The notes beneath the pieces were generated by a model. That model saw only the letters and a list, made by a program, of their open reading frames with translations, had not been told where the DNA came from and ran no database searches. A DNA stretch of 64,000 bases from an uncultured Negativicutes bacterium (GTDB lineage Bacteria > Bacillota > Negativicutes > JBAXTZ01). A program made the translations under genes and the position numbers. The stretch is from the NCBI GenBank assembly GCA_963721525.1, contig CAVRJL010000008.1, positions 1-64,000 on the forward strand, read 5' to 3'. Positions 38,980 to 49,329 of the stretch are shown here, in pieces. Every line of letters starts with the position of its first letter. Within the stretch, counting starts at the first letter, position 1.

Positions 38980-40560
38980 ATGCCACATTTTCAACCACGA
39001 ATGAATTTTTTCCAAGCAGTTTTAACTCCTCCTGCTACATATACTGCTGGAACTGCTGCTACATTTTCTAGTCCTATATTTAAAATGACAGCAAATACTG
39101 GATATTCAACAGCAAATACGGCAAATGTAATTTATGTTCCTGGAAATGCTTATAAGACAGAAGTTCTTATAAGAGTTGCTGATAAGTCAAAGGTAACCAA
39201 TAATGCTACTGGCTCATGCATTCCAGTAAATCTTATGGGTTCTTGGGATGGAAATAACTTCTTTTCACTAGGAAGCTATACTGATGTTGCAAATGGCTCA
39301 GGAGCAATTTCAGTAAAAGAAGAACTTGTTCCTGCTCATGCAAACTTTTTTCGTATAGATTTTGTTCTTGATACTACAGGAGCACTTACCACAGGACATG
39401 GTATTGTTATAGATTTGGTTATAGAAGATGATCCAGTTCAAGGAGCTAGAGCTTGTTTTTATGGAACATCTGTAAATGCCGTAGCTTCACCGACATTTTC
39501 TTTACTAACTAATACTACTTCTGGTGAAACATGGAGCTCACAAACATTTAGTAGTTCTTCAGTATTCCTTATTGGAACCAATACTCAGCAAGCTATTTCT
39601 GCTGTTGCAATAAGCTATGGAACAATTACTGGCGTTACTGCTGTTGTTTCTGTTATTCAAGCTGGCTCTGCTTCTCAATATCCTTCTCAAGTTATTACTT
39701 TTACAGGAACTGCTGGCGGAACAAGTGGAAATATAACAGTTGATGGCAAAACTACAGCAATAACTGTTGGAGATACCGCTGCTGCTATAGCTTTTAAGAT
39801 TGCTGCAACTACATATACCACCACAACATCTACAGAAAACTGGACGGCTAAAGGTGGTGGAGTGCTTATTATTACTGGCACTAATACCAAGCAATCTGTA
39901 GCTGGTGTAACAGTAAGTGCTGGAAGTGTTGGAAACGTTACTGTCACTGCGACACAAATAGTTGCTGGTTCTGGTTCTTTATATCCACAGCAAGCAATAG
40001 TATTTGTCGGTGGAGGCACAGGACTTTTAGCTACTACCACATTTGGTACAGTTACTATTGATGGCGTTGCTTTACCAGTAACAGTTGGGACAACTGCTCA
40101 AACACTTTCTACTACTTTTGGTAGCGTAATGAGTTCTGCTACTGCTTCTGGTGGACTTACTTCTTACGGTTCAACTCTTACAATTCCAGGAAATAATACA
40201 GCCGCTGCAATATCTGCTGGCTCAATCACTGTTCCTATTACTTATAATGATTGCGTGCAGAAGTTATATGCTACTGCTATTTTAGTTGGAACGCCATTGG
40301 TTGGAAGCAATGCCACCATAGCTCTTCAAGGTTCTTTAGATGGCGCGAATTGGTATACAGTAAGTCTTACTAATGCTGCTGTTAGCGCTTCTGCCGGAAC
40401 TATTGTTGTAAACGAGGTAATATCCAATAGTAGTAGCGCAGCATCTGCTGGTGCTTTTGTTGGCAATTTCTTTCGATTAAATGTTGTTGATGGAGCTACC
40501 ACAGGATGGTTAAATTCTTCAACTGCTTATCTCTACACTGCCATTACGGCACTGTATTAA
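38980..40560 (+). CDS. Paralogous probable virion protein with a ~210-aa internal insertion
   Basis: Same MPHFQPRMN start and STAYLYTAITA end. Confidence 0.8.
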   Translation: MPHFQPRMNFFQAVLTPPATYTAGTAATFSSPIFKMTANTGYSTANTANVIYVPGNAYKTEVLIRVADKSKVTNNATGSCIPVNLMGSWDGNNFFSLGSYTDVANGSGAISVKEELVPAHANFFRIDFVLDTTGALTTGHGIVIDLVIEDDPVQGARACFYGTSVNAVASPTFSLLTNTTSGETWSSQTFSSSSVFLIGTNTQQAISAVAISYGTITGVTAVVSVIQAGSASQYPSQVITFTGTAGGTSGNITVDGKTTAITVGDTAAAIAFKIAATTYTTTTSTENWTAKGGGVLIITGTNTKQSVAGVTVSAGSVGNVTVTATQIVAGSGSLYPQQAIVFVGGGTGLLATTTFGTVTIDGVALPVTVGTTAQTLSTTFGSVMSSATASGGLTSYGSTLTIPGNNTAAAISAGSITVPITYNDCVQKLYATAILVGTPLVGSNATIALQGSLDGANWYTVSLTNAAVSASAGTIVVNEVISNSSSAASAGAFVGNFFRLNVVDGATTGWLNSSTAYLYTAITALY

Positions 40561-40592
40561 GCGCACGAGGGCTATGCCCTTATTAAATATAA

Positions 40593-40622
40593 AGGCTACC
40601 AGAAATGGTAGCCTATTTTTTT
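40593..40622 (+). terminator. Intrinsic terminator
   Basis: AGGCTACC-AGAAAT-GGTAGCCT followed by a T-run. Confidence 0.75.
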
Positions 40623-41248
40623 CAACGTAATTCAGTGTTCCAGTATGAACTATCCAAAAAGTCTCCCCAGCATTTATATTTTGGTTCCTTACTTTTTTCA
40701 TAAAGCGTAAGATTATAATGCGGCATGAATGGTTTTCTTATTAACTTCATTCCAGCTTCAGCAGGAGTTTTGTCACCTTTTTTAGAGTTACATTTTATAC
40801 ACGAACAAACAACATTGGTCCATGTAGTTGTTCCACCACGACTTTTTGGTAGAACATGCTCCAAATTTAATTCACTTGGAGCAAAATGCTTCCCGCAATA
40901 TTGGCAAAAATTGCAGTCTCGAAGATATATATTTCTTCTGGTAAGAACAACTCCTCTTATTGGAATTTTGTCATAGACAATTGTTCGTATTATACGAGGA
41001 ACTACGATTTTTTGTTCTGTTCCAGTTATTATACTTTCATCGTCTCTTATTCCTTCTGCTATTCTTAATTCAGAAATAGCAAACCAGCTATCAAGACTAT
41101 AACTTTTATAATAACCATCTTCAACATAAACTACTTCTGCTCTACCTCTTTTTAATAAAGACAGAGCTCTCCATGCTTTCACTACATTTATTATAACATA
41201 GTTTTTATTGAGAACTAAACAACTTTCTTCTAATGCGAAATCTGACAT
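40622..41248 (-). CDS. HNH endonuclease (McrA-like)
   Basis: RRNIYLRD..CQYCG..EHVLPKSRGG..WTNVV.SC..CN..KG. Confidence 0.9.
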   Translation of the reverse strand: MSDFALEESCLVLNKNYVIINVVKAWRALSLLKRGRAEVVYVEDGYYKSYSLDSWFAISELRIAEGIRDDESIITGTEQKIVVPRIIRTIVYDKIPIRGVVLTRRNIYLRDCNFCQYCGKHFAPSELNLEHVLPKSRGGTTTWTNVVCSCIKCNSKKGDKTPAEAGMKLIRKPFMPHYNLTLYEKSKEPKYKCWGDFLDSSYWNTELR

Positions 41249-41253
41249 ATAAC

Positions 41254-42252
41254 CTACACTTCAAGCAACACCTTTTTAGATGGTTTTAATTGCATTTTTT
41301 TACTTTCATTAAACGGAATACATTCTTCTATATTTATAGTATCTTTTCCAGTTTTAGTCAACCTACTATTCAAATCTTTTATTCCAGGTTCGAGTCTATA
41401 AACTAAAATCTGTGTAGTAAAAGAAGGTGGTTGATATTTTATTAACATTTTAACATTATCTTCAAGAGTTTTTTCTCCAGTTTCATCATTATCAGGAACT
41501 ATTATTATTTTACTTGGTGCGTTAGCCATTATTTTTTGAGCTTGTAGCTCTCCCAAGTTAGCGGATAGTATTGCTGTTCCAATTATATTTTTTATTGAAA
41601 TAGCGTCAAATACTCCTTCACAAATAAAAAGTGTATCTTGTAATTTATCTATATTATAAACAAATTGTTTACTATTTATATTATGTGGATTAGCGTATCT
41701 TATATATGAAGTTCCTGTAAAATCTCTACATATATAATATACTATTTCTCCATTTTCAAAAAATGGAATAAAAATTCTATTATTATATTCTGAACCAGGG
41801 TCATATATATATCCCATTTCTTGTATATATTCTTCTGGTATTAATCTATCTCTTAAATATGATAAAGCCATATTGCCAAAAAGTCCCATTTTATTTTCAG
41901 AGAAAAAATGTAATCCTTTTGGTAATTCAAGAGTTATTTTTTTATCTTCTTCCTCTATTAATTTTACTAATTCTTTATTTTCTTTTTTCCCAAAACCATA
42001 CTCTTTTGCAAGATATAATAATACCTCTTTTTCTGATATATCTAAATATTTTGAAATAAAATAAGAAAACGAACCAGACAAACCCGACTTATAGTCATAG
42101 AATAAGCTTTTCTCAGCAGATACATAAAGATGAAATTTATTATCCTGCTCAAACGGAGAATTTATTCTTATCTCTCCAGTAGAGCCTTCTCTTGTTTCGA
42201 AATTATCATGTAAAAAAGAAACAATAGTGTTTTGAGGTAATTTAGATTTCGT
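41254..42252 (-). CDS. DNA primase (TOPRIM); frame open up to an ACG codon at 42252
   Basis: YLRDR, RIFIPF, ICEGVFDA, PDND..G; AAGGAG lies 6 nt before the ACG. Confidence 0.85.
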   Translation of the reverse strand, partial: TKSKLPQNTIVSFLHDNFETREGSTGEIRINSPFEQDNKFHLYVSAEKSLFYDYKSGLSGSFSYFISKYLDISEKEVLLYLAKEYGFGKKENKELVKLIEEEDKKITLELPKGLHFFSENKMGLFGNMALSYLRDRLIPEEYIQEMGYIYDPGSEYNNRIFIPFFENGEIVYYICRDFTGTSYIRYANPHNINSKQFVYNIDKLQDTLFICEGVFDAISIKNIIGTAILSANLGELQAQKIMANAPSKIIIVPDNDETGEKTLEDNVKMLIKYQPPSFTTQILVYRLEPGIKDLNSRLTKTGKDTINIEECIPFNESKKMQLKPSKKVLLEV

Positions 42253-42270
42253 ATATATCTCCTTAAAGTA

Positions 42271-42753
42271 TCAGGTTTTAAATAAGGACCTTTGTTTAAA
42301 AACTACGCAGCGATGTAACGCTTTTGCTATCGTTTGTTTTTTTAATTCGCAATTAATAATTCCATCTTTTTTATTACAATAAATACAATACTCACACCCA
42401 CTACAACCAGGAAGAAAAGAAGCTATTACAAAAAAATAATTTACTAATATCTCTTTGTTTATCTTACCATTTATTGAGTATTCAATAATTATATTTTTAT
42501 CTTCTTCTATTCTTGAAGTAAAAGTAAAAATGTCTGATAAATTTGAAAGCATAACTTCATTTATTTTTGAGTTTAATTTATCATATAAATCATATCTTTT
42601 ATCTGATGCTATTTTTAATACAGGTTTGTTAGCTGATAATTCAAAAATTTGAAAACATCTATTTCCTTCATTTTGGAATTTCACCGCAACTAATAACTCT
42701 ACTGATTTTATCCCTGTAAACACTGTTGACCAGTTCATATAAATCCTTCTCAT
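42271..42753 (-). CDS. Hypothetical protein with C-terminal Cys cluster
   Basis: CSGCEYCIYC..C..C. Confidence 0.6.
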   Translation of the reverse strand: MRRIYMNWSTVFTGIKSVELLVAVKFQNEGNRCFQIFELSANKPVLKIASDKRYDLYDKLNSKINEVMLSNLSDIFTFTSRIEEDKNIIIEYSINGKINKEILVNYFFVIASFLPGCSGCEYCIYCNKKDGIINCELKKQTIAKALHRCVVFKQRSLFKT

Positions 42754-43390
42754 AATGTAATACTATTCGTAATCTTGCTAATGTTTTCTTTCCAACGTTT
42801 CCTATGTTTCCACAATTAAATGTCATAGCGGCTATATCCCAGACGCCAGTTTTTTTATACTCATAAGATAAATGCTCGTTTCCTTGTTTTATATTACTTT
42901 CCAAAGAGCCAAACTTATTTATGACATCTGGATATGTTTTACTGTTTAATTGATAAATACCCCAATCAAAACTTCCATCTTCGTTTACATTAACTGGTCT
43001 TTTTGGATTATAATTTATTAATTCACTTTCTTCAAGACCAACTGCTAAACTCAAATTAAATGGAACATTATAATGTGAAGACCATTTCCATATTAACTGT
43101 ATAGTAAGTAGATTTCTATTTAAGTTATACGCATATTTTTGTAAGTAGAAAACTGGATCTCTTGCTATAATTTCATTTATATTATCTCTGGTTATACTAT
43201 CAAAAAATACAATCTGCTTTTGTGGAATGTCAACACTTATTGGTATAGCATCAGCTGATATAAAAGTAGCGGATACTATTATTATAGCAATAGTAAAAAT
43301 AAAGTGTTTAAATAATCTGAATAATTCAGTTTTTGTTCTCAAGGAAGCCACCTTCTTTGGTTTCGATTTCTCTATGATACTCTGTATCAT
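42668..43390 (-). CDS. Lytic transglycosylase (SLT domain) with N-terminal TM segment
   Basis: LAVGLEES, DWGIYQLN, FNCG. Confidence 0.8.
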   Translation of the reverse strand: MIQSIIEKSKPKKVASLRTKTELFRLFKHFIFTIAIIIVSATFISADAIPISVDIPQKQIVFFDSITRDNINEIIARDPVFYLQKYAYNLNRNLLTIQLIWKWSSHYNVPFNLSLAVGLEESELINYNPKRPVNVNEDGSFDWGIYQLNSKTYPDVINKFGSLESNIKQGNEHLSYEYKKTGVWDIAAMTFNCGNIGNVGKKTLARLRIVLHYEKDLYELVNSVYRDKISRVISCGEIPK

Positions 43391-43479
43391 ATTGCCGAAA
43401 AACTCTCAAGAGCTCTTCTTGCTTTTCAAGCATTTTTTCAAGTAAAAATATAACTTTTCTGGAATCAGCATCATTCATT

Positions 43480-43731
43480 TTAATTCCTAAATACGGTTTC
43501 TATTATTATATCAACTTCATCACTTGGATTGTCTTCACCTTCCATCTTCTTTTTCAAAGCAGTAAATAATTTATTAATTACTGTTTTCTTTACATCAAGA
43601 AGTTGAGCCGTGTCACCAACAATGGCATCGTTCTCTGACTTCAATTCTCTCTTCCTGTCTTGAATTTCCAAATAACTCTCAAAATTTAATTTGGCCCGTC
43701 TCTTTTCTTCGTCACCTATGTTACTTATCAT
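43480..43731 (-). CDS. Small helical DNA-binding protein (T4 DsbA/GapR-like)
   Basis: EIQDRKREL...DVKKTVINKL...KK pattern. Confidence 0.45.
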   Translation of the reverse strand: MISNIGDEEKRRAKLNFESYLEIQDRKRELKSENDAIVGDTAQLLDVKKTVINKLFTALKKKMEGEDNPSDEVDIIIETVFRN

Positions 43732-44444
43732 TAATCAATTACCTCCACTCCTATTTCACTTATAACTTCTTGGGCACGTGGAGTTTCTTTCTTTTGTCTT
43801 TTTAGATACTCACTATATTTTTGTGCTATTGAAGATAACTCTCTATTATAAGCATCATTCTTATATGGTCTTTGATATACAAAATGTTTTACTGGATTCA
43901 GTATAACTTGATTGCCATATTCATCTGTATATGGAATAAGATGATTTGCTGAACGTAGTAACTGAAAAATTTCTTTTCTATCTGATGTTCTATTACCCAT
44001 TTTTACTCCTATACTAACTTTTTTAATCTTTCAATGTTCTCATGATAATTTTTTACTGCTATTTCCATTCGTTTATTTACTTGTGCCTTTAAACTAATAT
44101 TAAGTTTTTCTTGAAGTTCCTCTTCTGTAAATTTATCATCCTCTACTTCCATAAAGGCAGAAGTTTCCAAGCTTTCAAACGGTGCTATCTGTATTTTGTA
44201 ACTTACAGAACCTCCTACTTTTATTTTAGCCATTCTTTGCCAACCATTTTCTCAAATGCCGTAAAGTATTGTCAGTATCTACTTTCTGATGCTTAATAGC
44301 TTTATTTTTTATAATTTCATCTATCGATGCAGATTCAGCATAAACCTTTTTGATTTTCTTAGTCAATCTTTTTGTTTTAATTGGAATAGCACCAAAACCT
44401 TTTGAAATCTCTGTCTTTTTTCTTTCGGCTTCATTCATTCTCAT
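43731..44444 (-). CDS. Three small hypothetical ORFs (43731-44000, 44009-44233, 44226-44444)
   Basis: RBS-preceded, coupled ORFs after promoter TTGACT-N17-TATAAT (44489-44461). Confidence 0.7.
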
Positions 44445-44493
44445 CTCCTTATTTATTTTTATTATAAACTAATTTTATTTCTTAGTCAAGTAT

Positions 44494-45051
44494 TTACACA
44501 TAATCGTTTCCTAAAATCTTTTTTACTAATGTTAACAATTTTTGATTTTGAGCTACTATCATTCTTTTTGTATTGTTTGTTCCAAAAATAGAAATATATG
44601 CTTTTGAAAATACAAATAAATAAATAGGATAAGCTTCTATTTCTAATTGCCTTCTTTGAAACTTATCACTCAAAAACAAAAATATGCTAAAAGGACTTTT
44701 TCTATCAGAGCAAAAAGATTTTACCAGCTGATATCCAGTTATTACATCTTTAATTATTTGTTCGTTTTTATCTGGTTGCCCTTCAAAACGAAATTTATAT
44801 TCTTGAAATGTATTCCAAGCTCGTTCTGTAACAAGTTGCGGTGGATATATTTTTCCAAAGCTTTCAAATTGACATTTTATAAAAATAGATGGATTCCATC
44901 CTTCTCTTCCTGAAAACTTTTCAATAGTTTCTTCAAAGTATTTCCACCACTTACTGTTTTTTACAGTAGTAATGGTAAAAATACGTCTATCATATTTTAA
45001 AAATTCACTACGATAATACATTGCTAAATTGAATATATCAAGCTGTTCCAT
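44494..45051 (-). CDS. Hypothetical protein starting MEQLDIF
   Basis: 185 aa; N-terminal QLDIF resembles the canonical clamp motif QL[SD]LF. Confidence 0.7.
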   Translation of the reverse strand: MEQLDIFNLAMYYRSEFLKYDRRIFTITTVKNSKWWKYFEETIEKFSGREGWNPSIFIKCQFESFGKIYPPQLVTERAWNTFQEYKFRFEGQPDKNEQIIKDVITGYQLVKSFCSDRKSPFSIFLFLSDKFQRRQLEIEAYPIYLFVFSKAYISIFGTNNTKRMIVAQNQKLLTLVKKILGNDYV

Positions 45052-45501
45052 CAGCTTCCTTTGCCTCCACTATAAATTTGTTTTTAACACACCACTCAGT
45101 AAAACCTTCCCAATCTATTTCAAAATTTGAAATAAGACAACCAGCTACTTTTTCACAATCCTCTGGACAATGCAAAAAGGTCTTTTTTACGTATTTATTA
45201 AATAATTCTTTCACTTTTGGATTTACCATACCGTGAGAACAACCTTCGCAGAAATGGTTCATTCGTCACCTAACATTTTTTCTAAAAGGAATGTTCGATA
45301 TGCTTTTTTTACAAAAGGATTTATTTTTTCTTCATACTCTTTTTGAATTTGTATAGCTTGTTTTTGTTCTTCTTCTGACAATAATGTAAAATCTAAACCG
45401 CTTCTATGCTTTTCGTTACTATCAAGTAAAAGTAACGTATGCTGTTTTACGTCCCCCTCCTTCTTTTCATATTTAAAATCCTCCAAAATACATCTGGTCA
45501 T
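45038..45501 (-). CDS. Two small hypothetical ORFs (45038-45262, 45259-45501)
   Basis: Overlap-coupled ORFs. Confidence 0.65.
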
Positions 45502-45515
45502 TCAATCTCCTTTTT

Positions 45516-45767
45516 TTAATTTGCTATTTCTGATAGTATATCTCCATGACAATCTAATGGAGAACACCAACATCCTAAAATTTTTCCTTTTAATTCTTCT
45601 TGTATTTGCTCCTTCGTGAATTTTTCTAAAATATATTTTTTATATTTTTCAATTACTTCTTTTCTACTTCCATCTTCACCAATAACAAATGGATTTCCCC
45701 ATTTTGATGGCCTTCCAATATAAACATCATAATGTTTTTTCTTGCAATGAACTACATTTGGATTCAT
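45516..45767 (-). CDS. DUF4326-family protein
   Basis: DVYIGRPSKWGNPF...LGCWCSPLDCHGDIL. Confidence 0.85.
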   Translation of the reverse strand: MNPNVVHCKKKHYDVYIGRPSKWGNPFVIGEDGSRKEVIEKYKKYILEKFTKEQIQEELKGKILGCWCSPLDCHGDILSEIAN

Positions 45768-45808
45768 GCTTTTATTTTAGAGTATTTTTGTAAACTTGTC
45801 AAGTAAAA

Positions 45809-46522
45809 TCACTCTCCTATTCTTGCTTTAGAAATTTCAAAGTAATCTTTGTCTAATTCTATTCCTGTAAAATCTCTATTTGTTTCTTTACAAACAACTC
45901 CAGTAGTTCCAGTTCCCATAAATGGATCTAGTATTCTATCTTCTTCTTTTGAAAAATTAATAATTATTTTTTCTACAAGTTCTTTTGGAAAGACAGCTCC
46001 GTGGGTATCGGATATTTTTTTTCCTCTTCTTATCTGCCATAAATTTTGTAGCTCTCCTCTATTAAATTGAGCATTGTCAAATTTTCTACTTATGGCGTTT
46101 TTTTCTTCAAAAACTAATAAAACTTCAAAACGAGAATTTAATATTCCATCTCCAATCGCTGGTTGAGCGTTTACTTTATCCCATATTATTATTTCTTTCA
46201 ATACTTCATTGAAATAACCCATTATCTTAAATAATGCTCTTTTATTTCCAGTTAAAAATTGAATATTATAAAAGGTCATTCTGGAAACTCTAAGGCACTC
46301 TTTTATTATTTTTTTATTAAATTCAAAATATTCTTCCATTGGAAGGTTGTCGTCATAATTTTCATATTTGGTAGATAGTTCTTTTACTATTTGCCTTGAG
46401 CAATACTTTCCATTTCTTATTCTTAAATTCATATTATATGGAGGACTTGTTATTACTAAATCAAAAAAATTATTTTGAAACTTAGACAATTCTTCTAATG
46501 AGTTTCCTTTTATTAAATTCAT
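45809..46522 (-). CDS. DNA amino-methyltransferase (beta class, likely N4C)
   Basis: TSPPY, HGAVFP, ILDPFMGTGTT. Confidence 0.9.
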   Translation of the reverse strand: MNLIKGNSLEELSKFQNNFFDLVITSPPYNMNLRIRNGKYCSRQIVKELSTKYENYDDNLPMEEYFEFNKKIIKECLRVSRMTFYNIQFLTGNKRALFKIMGYFNEVLKEIIIWDKVNAQPAIGDGILNSRFEVLLVFEEKNAISRKFDNAQFNRGELQNLWQIRRGKKISDTHGAVFPKELVEKIIINFSKEEDRILDPFMGTGTTGVVCKETNRDFTGIELDKDYFEISKARIGE

Positions 46523-47235
46523 ATTTCCTCCGCTGTTTCATATAATTTACTAGAAATGCCTTTAGCTCCCCTAAAAGCAGTTCCGTGATCGTGACCATCA
46601 GGTCCAACTCTATTGGATAAGTGTATTTTTCCTTCTAATATATTTTCAAAAAATTTATCCGTCGAAACATTTTTATATATTATAGTTTCTCTTATTATTA
46701 TATAATTTTCTATTATGTCTGCTTTTACATAATATTGATTTTTAAGTTTATTTGTTAAATTTTGTTTTATTTGATCATTATCTTGTTCATAAATAATTTC
46801 TTTATTATTAGATTTTACAAATATATTGTTTCTTTCAATATATAATCTTAATCCATGTTCGTTTTCATATGTAGCAAATATATCTATATATCCTGTTCCA
46901 TATTTTTTATGGAAATCAAATTTATCTGGACTTCTCCAATTAGCTATTGGATTCTTTTTGCTTGGGACTCTTATTCCAGCAGAAAGTAATGTATCAGAAG
47001 CATCACTAAATAAATTTTTTGTTTTTAGCTCAGCAAAACCTAAATCTGGAGTTTTATTATTGTTTTCTTTAATTCCTAAATAGTGTTCTACTGTGCTACC
47101 GATTATTCCATCTCCTCCCCTTATTAAGATTTTTATTGGAATTAATAACGGTTTATTTTTGTTTTCTGCTATAAAATCTCTAAAATTTTCTTCTGTTATA
47201 ACTTTTTCTGGATCATTATTTTTCTCTAATAACAT
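46519..47235 (-). CDS. MvaI/BcnI- or MutH-like restriction endonuclease
   Basis: IGSTVEHYLGIKENN..PDLG..ELKT; HDHGTAFR; coupled to the MTase. Confidence 0.7.
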   Translation of the reverse strand: MLLEKNNDPEKVITEENFRDFIAENKNKPLLIPIKILIRGGDGIIGSTVEHYLGIKENNNKTPDLGFAELKTKNLFSDASDTLLSAGIRVPSKKNPIANWRSPDKFDFHKKYGTGYIDIFATYENEHGLRLYIERNNIFVKSNNKEIIYEQDNDQIKQNLTNKLKNQYYVKADIIENYIIIRETIIYKNVSTDKFFENILEGKIHLSNRVGPDGHDHGTAFRGAKGISSKLYETAEEI

Positions 47236-47303
47236 TACTATTTTATCTACCTATAAATATAGGTTTATATTATTTATATTTTATTGTCAAGTAAAATTGT
47301 TTA

Positions 47304-47687
47304 TTATTTAGAAGGTCCGGGATTAGAAGCACCAGTTGTAACTTGTGGTCCTAATAGACCTTTCATTTTTTCACCAGGAAGCTCTCTACGAGTTCCAGGA
47401 GAAGATGAAGTAAGCCTGCTTTTTTGAGCGTCAGCTTTCATTTTTTCATCTTGTGCTTTTTTTGCTTCTAAATCTGCCTGTTGCTTTTGCTGTTCTCGAG
47501 CTTGTATATAAGCTTTATAACTTTGCAATGAAGTATTTATACTACTTATTGGTTTAGATAGTAATCCAGACAAAGCAGGGTTCTGTGTAAGAACAGTATT
47601 GATAGAACCAATTTCTTTTTCCATATTGCCAAAATAATCAGAATCATTTTTATCAAGCACGTCTTCTATCAAATCACCAAGTGTCAT
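47304..47687 (-). CDS. Hypothetical (putative late) protein
   Basis: GTAAAGATAA about 25 nt upstream. Confidence 0.7.
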   Translation of the reverse strand: MTLGDLIEDVLDKNDSDYFGNMEKEIGSINTVLTQNPALSGLLSKPISSINTSLQSYKAYIQAREQQKQQADLEAKKAQDEKMKADAQKSRLTSSSPGTRRELPGEKMKGLLGPQVTTGASNPGPSK

Positions 47688-48094
47688 ATATATTCCTCAT
47701 TATTACTAATGTTATCTTTACTAACTACTTTTTCATCATCTTTCTTTATTAATTTTTTTGTTATTTTTTGCCTATCCTTTGATTCTTTTAATTCCTTCTT
47801 ATCTAGCTTTATTTCTTCCTTCTTTTCTAGCTTTATTTCTTCTTTCTTTACTGCTTTTGGTTCTTCTACGATTGCAGGAACTATTTTTTTTACTGGTTCT
47901 TTTACTGGTTTTTTATTTTTTGGAACAGCAGTGATTGTTTTATTTTCTTTCTGCGTCGTAAAATCAAATTCATCCTGCTTCCTATATACAGTTGTTCCTT
48001 GACGAGTAGCACAGAGAATAAACTCTCCTTCTCCTATTATTGGTGTGAGAAATTCCCCTTTTTTAGTTTTACATTCCTTATTATAATCGAACAT
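47684..48094 (-). CDS. Lys/Glu-rich hypothetical protein
   Basis: KKEEIKL repeat. Confidence 0.65.
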   Translation of the reverse strand: MFDYNKECKTKKGEFLTPIIGEGEFILCATRQGTTVYRKQDEFDFTTQKENKTITAVPKNKKPVKEPVKKIVPAIVEEPKAVKKEEIKLEKKEEIKLDKKELKESKDRQKITKKLIKKDDEKVVSKDNISNNEEYI

Positions 48095-49319
48095 TTTCTT
48101 TTAATAACAATTCGCTTGTAAGCAAATATATTTTTATAGCTTCTTCCATATTGCCATATGAGCCTAATGATTTTTCTGGTTTAGTTCCAACTTTTGCTTT
48201 TACAAACAAAGTAAATCTTTTAGTTCCCATTCTATCAGACCCAAGGCCAACAGAAAATTCAAGCTGTTTCGGAGAGAATACGCCAACTTCTGTTTTATCA
48301 GAAGCAGAACCACAAAGAGCTATCATATGTATATTATTTTTTAGCATAGCTGAACGTATAGCTTGCGTTATTTTATTTTGAAATAATGGTTCAGCTACTA
48401 TTTTTTGTATGATGTTATTATAATAAAAAATGCCATCTTGCCCCATAGTTTTTGTAAGTTTTTTTAACGAACTATCAGTAGCTACTTTCCATACTTCTCC
48501 AAATATAGATTTATTATATATATTTTGTTTCTTTACTTCATACTTTGTGCCATTATATTCAAAATCTGATTTAGACATCTGTTCTACGCTTGGGTCTATT
48601 TCATTTATTATTTTATATACATCATCATATGATACAGTTGGCGCCTTTGCTTTACTTGGATTTTTTTGTAATAGATTATAAATCTTATCTGCTATACTTT
48701 CTCCTTCTCCTGGAAAATTTATAGTTACTTTATTATTTAGCCACTTTACGCTATCAATTTTTTTCTTAGCCATAGCTTTGGCAACTTTCATTTCAAATTC
48801 TTGTCCACCAAAATGTCTTTCAGAACCCTTTTTTAGAACTGGTTCTTTTCTAAGTCCTACTTCGGCATCTTTTATTTGCTGTTGAGATTTAGTTAATTTA
48901 GGTGTTGGCGTAGTTTTTTCTATTTCTTTTTCTATTTCTTCATATTCACGAGGATTTCTATACTTCTCAATTCTTTCAGCGCCTTCATCTGTAAGGAGTT
49001 TTATTTGCTTTCTTAAATAAGTTTGTATTTCTGGTCTGCTTTGAAGCAAGTTCAAGTATTTATTTTCTTTTACTTTTGCTTTAATCAAAGCGTTCATGTC
49101 AACGTTCACGCGTTTTTTTGGGTCAAGCCCTCTTTTTTTTAAATCTTCTATATACCTATGAGCCACTTTATCAAAAATAGGTTTCCAGTTTTCTGAACTA
49201 TGGAGTTTGCTTTTGCCAGCCTCTCCCTCTTTTTTCAAATAAGCATTAGTTTCATAAGAGAAAGCTCTAACTAAATCTGCTACTGCTTCAAATATAAGTA
49301 TTTCATTTACATTGCTCAT
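48081..49319 (-). CDS. Hypothetical protein with possible PD-(D/E)xK-like C-terminal part
   Basis: SKSDF..KYEVKK; GTAAAGATAA just upstream. Confidence 0.7.
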   Translation of the reverse strand: MSNVNEILIFEAVADLVRAFSYETNAYLKKEGEAGKSKLHSSENWKPIFDKVAHRYIEDLKKRGLDPKKRVNVDMNALIKAKVKENKYLNLLQSRPEIQTYLRKQIKLLTDEGAERIEKYRNPREYEEIEKEIEKTTPTPKLTKSQQQIKDAEVGLRKEPVLKKGSERHFGGQEFEMKVAKAMAKKKIDSVKWLNNKVTINFPGEGESIADKIYNLLQKNPSKAKAPTVSYDDVYKIINEIDPSVEQMSKSDFEYNGTKYEVKKQNIYNKSIFGEVWKVATDSSLKKLTKTMGQDGIFYYNNIIQKIVAEPLFQNKITQAIRSAMLKNNIHMIALCGSASDKTEVGVFSPKQLEFSVGLGSDRMGTKRFTLFVKAKVGTKPEKSLGSYGNMEEAIKIYLLTSELLLKENVRL

Positions 49320-49329
49320 GAAGTTATCT

